The notes under the pieces are model-generated. The model was not told the origin of the DNA. It did not search any database and worked only from the letters and a program-made list of their open reading frames with translations. A program made the position numbers and the translations under genes. This document shows, piece by piece, positions 18,200 through 29,467 of a stretch of 64,000 bases of DNA. The stretch spans positions 1-64,000 of the forward strand of contig JBGPXN010000001.1 in assembly GCA_041492755.1 (NCBI GenBank), given 5' to 3'. This DNA comes from Candidatus Methylomirabilia bacterium (GTDB lineage: Bacteria; Methylomirabilota; Methylomirabilia; Rokubacteriales; CSP1-6). The number at the start of each line of letters is the position of its first letter. The first letter of the stretch is position 1.

Positions 18200-19855
18200 T
18201 CAGTGCCGGAAGTGGCGCATTCCGGTGAGGACCATGGCCATGCCGTGCTCATTGGCGGCGGCGGCGACGTCCTCGTCGCGAAGCGATCCGCCGGGCTGGA
18301 TCACCGCCGTGGCCCCCGCCTGTGCGACCACGTCGAGCCCATCGCGGAAGGGGAAGAAGGCGTCGGACGCGCACACGCTGCCGGCGGGGTCCAGGCCGAC
18401 TTCCCGCGCGCGGGCCACCGCCAACCGTGCGGAGTCCAGGCGGTTCATCTGTCCGGCCCCGACGCCGATCACCTGGTCGGCGCTCGTCAGCACGATGGCG
18501 TTCGACTTCACGTGCTTGGCCACCCGCCACGCGAAGCGGAGCGCGGTCAGCTCCGGCTTCGTGGGCGCACGCCGCGACACCGTCGCGAGCGTGGACTCCT
18601 CGAGGTCTGCGTCGTCCACGGACTGGGCGAGCACGCCGCCCAGCACGCTGCGATACTCGACCAGCCACGGGGGCAGCGTCCGCCGCTCGCACGAAACCCG
18701 CAGGACACGGCACTTCTTCTTCGTCCGGACGAGCTCGTCGAGCGCGTCGGGAGCGAAGGCGGGGGCGAACAGGATCTCGACGAAGATCCCGGCCAGCTCG
18801 GCCACGACGCCGCGATCCACTTCGCGGTTCACGCCCACGATGCCACCGTAGATCGACACGGGATCGCACGCCTTCGCCCTGGCCATGGCCACCGCCACCG
18901 AGCCTCCGAGGGCGGCGCCGCACGGATTGGTGTGCTTGATCACGACGGCCGCCGGGTCCGTGAACTCGAGGAGCAAACCGAGCGCCGCCGAGAAGTCGAG
19001 CAGGTTGTTGTATCCGAGCTCGGGCCCGTGCAGCTGCTCCATCGCGCCGAGCCCGAACGCGGCTCCCGGTGCCCGATAGAACGCCGCTCGCTGGTGGGGA
19101 TTCTCCCCGTATTTGAGCGACAGACGTCCATCGAGCTCGAGACGCACGCGCGCAGGAAGCTCGTCGCTCCGCGCACGGGCTCCGCCCGCGCCACCATGGG
19201 GGGGGGCAGTGAGCGAGCGGTCAGGCCCGCGGGCGTCGGAAGGGGGGCGGAGCCCCCCTTCGCGGGAATTCCCCCCTCCGAGGAATGAAGAGATCGCCGC
19301 GTCGTAGTCGGCGGTGCGCCGGAACGCCTCGCGGGCCAGACGCGCGCGGGTGGCATCGCTCAACCCACCCGCGCTCGCGGTGAGCTCGCGCAGCACGTCG
19401 CCGTATTGCGACGGGTCCGTGATCACGCCCACGCTCGCATGATTCTTGGCGGCGGCGCGGATCATCGTCGGCCCGCCGACGTCGATCTGCTCGATCGCTT
19501 CGGCCAGCGTCACGCCCGGGGAAGCCACCGTGGCCTCGAACGGATAGAGGGCGACGACGACGAGGTCGATCGGCGGAATCTGGTGCCGGTCGAGCGCGGC
19601 GAGATGGCTCGCGGTATCGCGGCGCGCGAGGATGCCGCCGTGGATCCGCGGGTGCAGGGTCTTCACGCGACCGTCCATCATCTCGGGGAATCCCGTGACG
19701 TCGGCGACGTCACGAACGGGAAGGCCGGCCTCACGAAGGAGCCGGGCCGTCCCCCCGGTGGAGATGATCTCGATCTTGAGCGCGGTGAGCCCGCGGGCGA
19801 GCTCCACCACTCCGGTCTTGTCGTGCACCGAGATCAGCGCCCGACGCACGTTCAT
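18200..19855 (-). CDS. purH: Bifunctional AICAR transformylase / IMP cyclohydrolase
   Basis: ALISVHDKTG, GRVKTLHP, IDVGGPTMIRAAAKN, YGENPHQ, KHTNPCG, SDAFFPF and RHFRH motifs. Confidence 0.97.
   Translation of the reverse strand: MNVRRALISVHDKTGVVELARGLTALKIEIISTGGTARLLREAGLPVRDVADVTGFPEMMDGRVKTLHPRIHGGILARRDTASHLAALDRHQIPPIDLVVVALYPFEATVASPGVTLAEAIEQIDVGGPTMIRAAAKNHASVGVITDPSQYGDVLRELTASAGGLSDATRARLAREAFRRTADYDAAISSFLGGGNSREGGLRPPSDARGPDRSLTAPPHGGAGGARARSDELPARVRLELDGRLSLKYGENPHQRAAFYRAPGAAFGLGAMEQLHGPELGYNNLLDFSAALGLLLEFTDPAAVVIKHTNPCGAALGGSVAVAMARAKACDPVSIYGGIVGVNREVDRGVVAELAGIFVEILFAPAFAPDALDELVRTKKKCRVLRVSCERRTLPPWLVEYRSVLGGVLAQSVDDADLEESTLATVSRRAPTKPELTALRFAWRVAKHVKSNAIVLTSADQVIGVGAGQMNRLDSARLAVARAREVGLDPAGSVCASDAFFPFRDGLDVVAQAGATAVIQPGGSLRDEDVAAAANEHGMAMVLTGMRHFRH
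19166..19279. repeat. Palindromic repeat lying in frame within purH
   Basis: GAAGGGGGGCGGAGCCCCCCTTC and GCGCGGGCGGAGCCCGTGCGC hairpins encoding a low-complexity linker. Confidence 0.7.
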
Positions 19856-20481
19856 CGTTCCGCCTCCCGACTCACGGTCACCTTTCTCCCCTCGATCTTC
19901 AACCGACCCTCCGCGAACAGCCGGATCGCCTCCGGATAGATGCGGTGCTCTTGCCCCAGAATGCGGGCGGCCAGCGTCTCCTCGCTGTCGCCCGGCTCCA
20001 CCGGCACCGCCGCCTGCAGGACGATCGGTCCCGTATCGACACCTTCGTCGACGAAGTGCACGGTCGCGCCCGCAACCCTCACGCCGTGGGCCAGGGCCTG
20101 CCGCTGCGCGTGCAGCCCCGGAAACGCCGGCAGGAGCGAGGGATGGACGTTCAGCGCGCGGCCGGCGAACGCCCGAACGTACGCCGGCGAGAGGATCCGC
20201 ATGAAGCCGGCATGGCACACGAGCCCGACGCCGCGCGCGTGCAGCTCGGCGATCAGCGCGCGGTCGAAGGCCTCGCGGTCCTCGAAGTCCTTCGGGTTCA
20301 CCCACAGCGCTTCGACGCCGGCGGCGCGGGCCCGCTCGAGGGCGAGGGCTCGCTCGCGATCGGAGACGACGACGACGACGCGGGCCGGAAAGCCCGGGGT
20401 GGCGCAGGCGTCCAGGATCGATTGGAGGTTGGATCCGCGGCCCGAGGCCAGGACGCCGACCGGGAGTGGAGACGCGATCAC
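19852..20481 (-). CDS. purN: Phosphoribosylglycinamide formyltransferase
   Basis: SGRGSNLQ, AGFMRIL, NVHPSLLPAFPG and DTGPIVLQ motifs; GTG start at 20481. Confidence 0.96.
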   Translation of the reverse strand: MIASPLPVGVLASGRGSNLQSILDACATPGFPARVVVVVSDRERALALERARAAGVEALWVNPKDFEDREAFDRALIAELHARGVGLVCHAGFMRILSPAYVRAFAGRALNVHPSLLPAFPGLHAQRQALAHGVRVAGATVHFVDEGVDTGPIVLQAAVPVEPGDSEETLAARILGQEHRIYPEAIRLFAEGRLKIEGRKVTVSREAER

Positions 20482-20678
20482 GCCGCGTGCGTCTCCCGGG
20501 GCGCGTGCACCTCTGCACACACCGCACAGCGCCGCGGCTGGCGCATGATCACCGAATCCCGCGGGAAGAAGCCCGCGAGCCACCAGTCGAGCGCCACCTG
20601 GATCTGCTTGCGGAAGCCCACCAGCTTGTTGACCACTTCGATGCCGCCGAAGCCACCGCCGAGCACGACGATGCGCAT
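20478..20678 (-). pseudogene. Collapsed NAD(P)/FAD oxidoreductase (NDH-2-like) remnant, 66 codons
   Basis: Rossmann start MRIVVLGGGFGG fused in frame to an NDH-2-type C-terminal helix KLVGFRKQIQVALDWWLAGFFPRD. Confidence 0.8.
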
Positions 20679-21706
20679 CACGCGAGCTCCACTCCGCGCG
20701 GGCCCGCCACGATCTCGCCCCGCGCGAACACGGTCTCGCCCGCGTCCCGGAGCAGCGCGGTCGCGGCCGCGGCCGCCGCTTCCGGCACCACCGCCACGTA
20801 GCCGACCCCCATGTTGAACGTGGCGAACATCTCGGCGTCGCTCACCTGCCCCGCCCGCTGCAGCACGCGGAACACCGGCGGCACCGCCCACGCGGCGCGA
20901 TGGACCACGGCCCGACATCCCTCCGGAAGCACGCGCGGAAGATTGCCGGTGAGCCCGCCGCCGGTGATGTGCGCCATCGCCCGCACCTCGACGCCGCCCA
21001 GCAGCCGCCGCACCGCCGCCGCGTAGATGCGCGTCGGCATCAGCAGCTCCTCGCCGACGCCGTGGCTCGTCTCGGGAAACGGCGCGTCGACCGACAGACC
21101 GAGCACGTCGAAGGTGATCCTCCGGGCCAGGCTATAGCCGTTGGAGTGCAATCCGGACGACGCCAGCCCGAGCACGCGGTCACCCGGCTTCACCGCGGCG
21201 CCGTCCACGATGCGGGCGCGCTCCACCACGCCGACCGCGAAGCCGGCGAGGTCGTACTCACCCGCCGCGTAGAGATCGGGCAGCTCCGCGGTCTCGCCGC
21301 CGATGAGCGCGCATCCGGCCTGGCGGCAACCCTCGGCGACGCCGCGCACGATGGCTTCCACGCGCGCCGGCTCCAGCCGTGACATGCCGATGTAGTCGAG
21401 GAAGTAGAGCGGCTCGGCGCCATGCACGATGACGTCGTTGACGCCCATGGCCACGAGGTCGATGCCGACCGTGTCGTGTCGGTTGGTGAGAAAGGCGACC
21501 TTGAGCTTGCTGCCGACGCCGTCGGTGGACGACACGAGCACCGGCTCGTCGTAGCCCTTGGGCACGCGAACGAAGCCGGCAAACGCCCCGATTCCACCGA
21601 GCACTTCGGGACGCGCGGTGGCCCGAGCGAGCGGCGCGATCCGGCGCACCGCTTCCTCGCCGGCCTCGATGTCGACGCCGGCCGCGCGGTAGGTCAGCGG
21701 CTCCAT
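20678..21706 (-). CDS. purM: AIR synthetase
   Basis: YRAAGVDI, STDGVGSK, GGETAELP, SSGLHSNGYSL, HITGGG and FNMGVG motifs. Confidence 0.97.
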   Translation of the reverse strand: MEPLTYRAAGVDIEAGEEAVRRIAPLARATARPEVLGGIGAFAGFVRVPKGYDEPVLVSSTDGVGSKLKVAFLTNRHDTVGIDLVAMGVNDVIVHGAEPLYFLDYIGMSRLEPARVEAIVRGVAEGCRQAGCALIGGETAELPDLYAAGEYDLAGFAVGVVERARIVDGAAVKPGDRVLGLASSGLHSNGYSLARRITFDVLGLSVDAPFPETSHGVGEELLMPTRIYAAAVRRLLGGVEVRAMAHITGGGLTGNLPRVLPEGCRAVVHRAAWAVPPVFRVLQRAGQVSDAEMFATFNMGVGYVAVVPEAAAAAATALLRDAGETVFARGEIVAGPRGVELA

Positions 21707-21764
21707 GACGCGGCGGCTAGGATGTTGTCGGAGTGCCCGAGAACGATGAGCATCCCCCCTGTCG

Positions 21765-21865
21765 AGACGGGCCCGGGGTTCCCCCGGGCCCGTCGAGCGG
21801 TTGGGGGTAAAGGGGGCCCTTCGAACCCTTTTCGATCAACCGGGCCATTTCGGGGCCCCCCATCT
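21765..21865. repeat. Palindromic repeat cluster between purF and purM
   Basis: GACGGGCCCGGGG-TTC-CCCCGGGCCCGTC hairpin plus GGGCCATTTCGGGGCCCCCCAT, similar to 41930-41958. Confidence 0.6.
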
Positions 21866-23259
21866 AAGCCTCGAACAGGCGAAGCTGTGGGCTCGCTTCG
21901 GGCGCGACGCCGACGCGATAGTTGCCGGTGAAGCAGGCGTGGCAGTACTGATTCGGATCGGTGCCGGTGGCCTTCAGCATCCCGTCGAGCGACAGATAGC
22001 CGAGGGAATCGGCGCTCAGGTAACGGCGGATCTCTTCCACGTTGTGGCTCGCCCCGATCAGCTCTTTGCGCGTCGGGGTGTCGATGCCGTAGTAGCAGGG
22101 CCACTGGATGGGCGGTGACGAGATCCGCATGTGGACCTCGCTGGCGCCCGCGTTCCGGACCATCCGGACGATCTTCCGGCTGGTGGTTCCGCGCACGATG
22201 GAGTCGTCGACGACGACCACGCGCCGGCCTTCCAGCATCTCGCGCATCGGGTTCAGCTTGACCTTCACGCCGAAGTGCCGGATCCCCTGCCGCGGCTCGA
22301 TGAACGTGCGGCCCACGTAGTGGTTGCGGATGAGCCCGAGCTCGTAGTGGATGCCGGACTCCTCCGAGTAGCCCAGGGCCGCGCTCACCCCGGAGTCCGG
22401 CACCGGGATCACGATGTCGGCCTGCACCGGATGCTCACGCGCCATCTCCCGGCCCATGGCCTTGCGTACGGTGTGGACGGTGCGCCCCCACAGCACGGAG
22501 TCGGGCCGCGCGAAGTAGACATACTCGAAGACGCAGGAGAGCCGCTCCGCCGGGGGAAACGCGCGGATGGATTTCAGTCCGGCGTCGGAGACCATGGCGA
22601 TCTCCCCGGGCTCGACGTCGCGCTCGGCCTTGGCCTCGATGAGATCGAGGGCGCACGTCTCGGATGCAACCACCCACGAATCGCCGAGCCGGCCCAGGGT
22701 CAGCGGACGGAAGCCGTTGGGATCGCGAACGGCGAACATCGCGTCCGGCGTGAGGATCAGCAGCGAGTAGGCGCCCTTGACCTGGGCGAGGGCGTGAGGC
22801 AACTGCTCCTCCAGCGGCGCCGCCGGAGCCCGGGCCAGGAGGTGCAGGATCACCTCGGTGTCGGAGTTCGACTGGAAGATCGCTCCGCCGGCTTCCATCT
22901 CCTTACGGAGCTGCTCAGCGTTGGTGAGGTTACCGTTGTGCGCGATCGCGATCGGCCCGCGGGCGGTGTTGGCGGTGATCGGCTGGGCGTTCCGGCGTTG
23001 CGACGAGCCCGCGGTGGAGTAGCGCACGTGGCCGATCGCGCGGTGGCCAGGCAGGCGGCGCAGCCGCTCGGGGCCGAACACGTCGGCCACCCATCCCATC
23101 GCCTTTTCGGTGTGGAAGGCGTGGCCATCGGTGGAGGTGATGCCGGCGGATTCCTGGCCGCGGTGCTGGAGCGCGTAGAGACCGAGATAGACGACATTCG
23201 CGGCCTCCGCGTGATTCCAGATGCCGAACACGCCGCACTCGTCGTGAAACCGGTCGTCA

Positions 23260-23285
<26 letters not shown>
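21864..23285 (-). CDS. purF: Amidophosphoribosyltransferase
   Basis: [38 protein letters not shown] and [10 protein letters not shown] motifs. Confidence 0.97.
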
Positions 23286-25482
<2,197 letters not shown>

Positions 25483-25512
25483 CCGCCTCCTTGGAGGTGC
25501 CGCGCGAGACGA

Positions 25513-26226
25513 CTACCGCTTGAGGAAGCTGCCGTCCTCGACCAGGCTGCCGACCAGCGACTGGAGCAGCAGCAGCCCGTCCGTGCCGCCCAGCGCCGCC
25601 TCCGACGCCCGCTCCGGATGCGGCATCAGGCCCAGGACCGTGCCTTCCTCGTTCACGACGCCGGCGATGTTGTCGATGGAGCCGTTCGGGTTGGCCGCCC
25701 TGGTCACGCGCCCCTCGGCCGTCGCGTAGCGGAACACCACCCCGTTCCGTTGTTTGAGCGCGGCGAGCGTCTCGGGGTCGGCGTGGTACTTTCCCTCGCC
25801 GTGGGAGATCGGCATCGTCAGGACCTGACCCGGACGGATGCCCCGCGTGAACGGCGTCTCGGAGTTCTCGACGACGAGGTTCGTGGACTGACAGCGGTAT
25901 TGCAGACACTCGTTCCGCATCAACGCGCCCGGCAGCAGTCCCGCCTCGCACAGGATCTGGAAGCCATTGCACGAGCCGAGGACGAGGCCGCCACCCTTGG
26001 CGAAATCCCGCAGCGATTCGACCACCGGGGAACGCCCCGCGACCGCGCCCGCGCGCAGATAGTCGCCGTAGGAAAAGCCGCCGGGGAGGATGACGCAGTC
26101 GAAGTCGGCGAGCTCGCGCTCACGGTGCCAGATGTACTTGACCGGCTGGCGGAGCACCTCCGAGATCACGTAGTGAAAGTCGCAGTCGCTCCAGGTGCCC
26201 GGAAACACGACCACGCCGAATCTCAT
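25513..26226 (-). CDS. purQ: FGAM synthase glutaminase subunit
   Basis: PGGFSYGDYLR, CNGFQIL and MPHPER motifs. Confidence 0.97.
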   Translation of the reverse strand: MRFGVVVFPGTWSDCDFHYVISEVLRQPVKYIWHRERELADFDCVILPGGFSYGDYLRAGAVAGRSPVVESLRDFAKGGGLVLGSCNGFQILCEAGLLPGALMRNECLQYRCQSTNLVVENSETPFTRGIRPGQVLTMPISHGEGKYHADPETLAALKQRNGVVFRYATAEGRVTRAANPNGSIDNIAGVVNEEGTVLGLMPHPERASEAALGGTDGLLLLQSLVGSLVEDGSFLKR

Positions 26227-26323
26227 GATCTGGTGGCTCTCCTCCCGCTTCGCGCATCGAGCCGGCGAACCGCGGCAGGAGTCATCTTACAACCCTGGCT
26301 CTCCGACGGCAAGGCAGGTGCCC

Positions 26324-26557
26324 TCATTCGATGCTGTAGTCCTCGAGGATCGGGTTGGCCAGGAGCTTCCGGCACATGTCGTCGACCCGCGCCCGCGCGT
26401 CCGACTCGCTCGCCGCCGCCACCTCGACCTCGATGACCTTGCCGATCCTCAGCTCACCCACGTCGTTGAACCCCAAGCCGCCGAGCGCCCGCTTCACCGC
26501 CGAGCCCTGGACGTCGAGAATGCCGGGCTTCAGCCGGACCAGCACGCGCACCTTCAT
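26324..26557 (-). CDS. purS: FGAM synthase subunit PurS
   Basis: LKPGILDVQG, RIGK and LLANPILEDY motifs. Confidence 0.95.
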   Translation of the reverse strand: MKVRVLVRLKPGILDVQGSAVKRALGGLGFNDVGELRIGKVIEVEVAAASESDARARVDDMCRKLLANPILEDYSIE

Positions 26558-26567
26558 GCGCTGGCGT

Positions 26568-27971
26568 TCATAGATCGATCTGTCGAGCGCCGGCTTCGCC
26601 GGCGCAATCGGTCCTGGGGGAGGCATCGGAGGGGGCCGTCGCGCCCTGTGGGCGCGCCACTTGAACCGCCCTCTCCGACAAAAGCCCCGCCCGCTGGAAG
26701 ATCGCATCGACATGGCGGACGTACCACGTCGGATCGAAGCTGGCCTTGAGATCCGCGGGTGACAGCCGCTCGGTGACCTCGGGATCGGCGGCAAGCAGAT
26801 CGAGGAACGAGCGTCGTTCCTTCCATGCCTGCATGGCGTTACGCTGCACGATCTCGTACGCCGCTTGACGCGCCAACCCCGTCTCGGTGAGCTTGAGCAG
26901 CACGCGCTGGGAATAGACGAGTCCGTAGCTCCCCTCGAGGTTCTCCGCCATGCGGGCGGGGTCGACTTCGAGGCCCTCCACCACGAACGTCGTCAGGTCG
27001 AGTAGGTAGTCGAGCAGGATCGTGGAGTCCGGAAGGATCACACGCTCCACCGAGGAGTGGCTGATGTCGCGCTCGTGCCACAGGGCCACGTTTTCCAGCG
27101 CCGCTTGCGCGTTGGTCCGAAGCAGACGGGCGAGTCCGCAGATCCGCTCGGTCAGCTCGGGATTACGCTTGTGGGGCATCGCGCTCGAGCCCTTCTGGCC
27201 CGCGCTGAACGGTTCCTGGGCTTCCAGCACCTCGGTCCGCTGCAGGTGCCGGATCTCCAGCGCGATCTTCTCCAGAGACGCGCCGGCCACAGCCAGGGCC
27301 GAGCAGTACTCCGCGTGCCGATCCCGCTGGACGATCTGGGTCGACGCGGGCTCGGCGGTCAGCCCGAGGCTGTGGCAGACTTCGTCTTCGATGTCGGGCC
27401 CGATGTGAGCGAACGTGCCGACGGCGCCCGACAGTTTGCCCACGGCGACCGTGGCCTGGGCCCGGCGCAGCCGGTCCAGATTGCGGCCCGCCTCGACGTA
27501 CCAGACCAGCACCTTGAGGCCGAACGTCGTGGGCTCGGCGTGCACGCCGTGGGTGCGTGCGACCATCAGCGTGTCCTTGTGGCGGAGTGCCAGACGACCG
27601 AGCGCCGCGCGCAGGCGCTCCTGGCCCGCGATGAGCAGGTCCGCGGCGTCCCGCAACTGCAGGGCCAGCGCGGTGTCCAGCACGTCGGACGAGGTCATGC
27701 CGATATGGACGAAGCGCGAGTCGGTACCGAGACGCTCTTCCAGGCTGGTGAGGAACGCGATGACGTCGTGCTTGACCCGCCGCTCGATCTCGGCGATCCG
27801 GGCGGGATCGACGGCCGCCCGCTCCCGGATGCGGGCGAGCGCATCAGCCGGAACGCGGCCACGCCGCGCGTACGCCTCGGTGACCGCCAGCTCCAACCGC
27901 AGCCACCCCGTGTAGCGCGCCTCGTCGCTCCACAAGCGCCCCATCGCCGGCCGCGTGTACCGCTCGATCAC
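26568..27971 (-). CDS. purB: Adenylosuccinate lyase with a repeat-derived C-terminal tail
   Basis: IERY, HDVIAF, TSSDVLDT, RTHGVHAEPT and GSSAMPHKRNP motifs. Confidence 0.97.
   Translation of the reverse strand: MIERYTRPAMGRLWSDEARYTGWLRLELAVTEAYARRGRVPADALARIRERAAVDPARIAEIERRVKHDVIAFLTSLEERLGTDSRFVHIGMTSSDVLDTALALQLRDAADLLIAGQERLRAALGRLALRHKDTLMVARTHGVHAEPTTFGLKVLVWYVEAGRNLDRLRRAQATVAVGKLSGAVGTFAHIGPDIEDEVCHSLGLTAEPASTQIVQRDRHAEYCSALAVAGASLEKIALEIRHLQRTEVLEAQEPFSAGQKGSSAMPHKRNPELTERICGLARLLRTNAQAALENVALWHERDISHSSVERVILPDSTILLDYLLDLTTFVVEGLEVDPARMAENLEGSYGLVYSQRVLLKLTETGLARQAAYEIVQRNAMQAWKERRSFLDLLAADPEVTERLSPADLKASFDPTWYVRHVDAIFQRAGLLSERAVQVARPQGATAPSDASPRTDCAGEAGARQIDL
26583..26640. repeat. 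REP-like palindromic repeat inside the 3' end of purB
   Basis: Minus strand GGCCCCCTCCGATGCCTCCCCCAGGA..TTGCGCCGGCGAAGCCGGCGCTCGA. Confidence 0.65.
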
Positions 27972-28164
27972 GCCCTCACCTTAGAGCAAAACCCGGAGCA
28001 TGAGAAGTGGCGACTCAGGGACTCGGCAGTTCGAGCGCAGATTTCGCCCGCGGTCGCCGTGCGTTGTCTTTTATCCGGCCGGGGGGGGGGGGAGGTGAGC
28101 GACCGGTCACTCTCCCTGGACGACGATCAACCGGCGAAGGGGGGCCGCCAGGCCTACGAACGGG

Positions 28165-28192
28165 CGGAAGGGGGGCACAGACCCCTTCCGGG
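28165..28192. repeat. G/C-tract hairpin downstream of the M16 peptidase gene
   Basis: CGGAAGGGGGGCACAGACCCCTTCCG, similar to the purH hairpin. Confidence 0.5.
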
Positions 28193-28197
28193 GGGCA

Positions 28198-29466
28198 TCA
28201 CCCCTCGGAGCGGAGCTCGCGCGGAAGGTTCCGGCGGTCGAGCGGACCGTAGGTGGTGAGGGCCAGGCGCTCCTCGTCGATCACGTCGCCCAGGAGGGCT
28301 TGTACCTCTTCGTGGCGGACGTTGTCGATCGCGGCGAGCATCTGATCCATGGTGAGGAACGAGTTGAGGTGCATCTCGTGCTTGGCCAGCCGGTTCATGC
28401 GGCTCGACGTCGACTCCAGCGAGAGCATGAGACTGCCCTTGAGATGGTCCTTGGCCCGGCGCAGCTCCTCCGCGGAGATCCCCGTCTTCTTCAGATCGCG
28501 GAGCTCCTTGAGCACGGATTTGAGAACCTTGGAGAAGTTGGGCGCGTCGGTGGCCGCGTACACGTACATGGTGCCGGTATCGCGGAAGGCCTGCACGCCC
28601 GAATGGATCGAGTAGACCAGGCCCTGGCGCTCACGGATCTCCTGGAACAGCCGCGACGACATGCTGCCGCCAACGATATCGTTGAGCAGGAACATCGCGT
28701 AGCGCTCGGGGGCAGCGTGGGGCAGCCCGGGGAAGCCCATCACCAGGTGGACCTGCTCCAGGTCCTTGTGGACGATGTTCACTCCCGGGCACATGACGGG
28801 CGCGGATGATTCGTCCTCGATGGCCGGCCGCGAGAACCCGTTGAAGCCGGCGCCGAAGAGATCGACGACGCGGTCATGGCGCACGTTGCCCGCGACCGCG
28901 ATGATGATACGCGGCGGCACGTAGTACTCGCCGAAGTGCGCGACCACGGTGTCGCGCTGGTAGCCGGTGATGGCTTCGCGGGTCCCGAGGATCGGCAGGC
29001 CGAGCGGATGCCCCCCCCACACCTGGGCGGCGAAGAGATCATGGATGAGGTCGTCCGGCGTGTCCTCGACCATCTTGATCTCTTGCAGCACCACCGACTT
29101 CTCGCGCTCGAGCTCCTCCGCCTCGAAGAGCGAGCGCAACAGGATGTCGGTGAGCAGGTCGACGGCCATCGGCAGGTGCTCGTCCAGCACCTGCACGTAG
29201 AAGCAGGTGTGCTCCTTCGTCGTGAAGGCGTCCATCTGGCCGCCGACCGAATCCATCTGCCGCGCGATCGCCTCCGCGGTCCGGGTGGCGGTGCCCTTGA
29301 AGACCAGATGCTCGATGAAGTGAGAGACGCCGGCGCGGCCTGGGGGCTCGTGGCGCGAGCCTGTCTCCACCCACACACCGACGGCCACCGACCGGACGTG
29401 CGGCATCCATTCCGAGATGACCCGGATGCCGCCGGGCAGGACGGTCTTCCGATATTCTTCGGTCAC
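28198..29466 (-). CDS. M16 family zinc peptidase
   Basis: Inverted zinc motif HFIEHLVFKGT and GGSMSSRLFQEIRERQGL; usual position after pnp. Confidence 0.93.
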   Translation of the reverse strand: MTEEYRKTVLPGGIRVISEWMPHVRSVAVGVWVETGSRHEPPGRAGVSHFIEHLVFKGTATRTAEAIARQMDSVGGQMDAFTTKEHTCFYVQVLDEHLPMAVDLLTDILLRSLFEAEELEREKSVVLQEIKMVEDTPDDLIHDLFAAQVWGGHPLGLPILGTREAITGYQRDTVVAHFGEYYVPPRIIIAVAGNVRHDRVVDLFGAGFNGFSRPAIEDESSAPVMCPGVNIVHKDLEQVHLVMGFPGLPHAAPERYAMFLLNDIVGGSMSSRLFQEIRERQGLVYSIHSGVQAFRDTGTMYVYAATDAPNFSKVLKSVLKELRDLKKTGISAEELRRAKDHLKGSLMLSLESTSSRMNRLAKHEMHLNSFLTMDQMLAAIDNVRHEEVQALLGDVIDEERLALTTYGPLDRRNLPRELRSEG

Positions 29467-29467
29467 G

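Noticed and set aside
27984..28197. Possible purine/ZTP/PRPP riboswitch ahead of purB
   Set aside because: No recognisable aptamer consensus, and a -10 element directly before the start implies a leaderless transcript.
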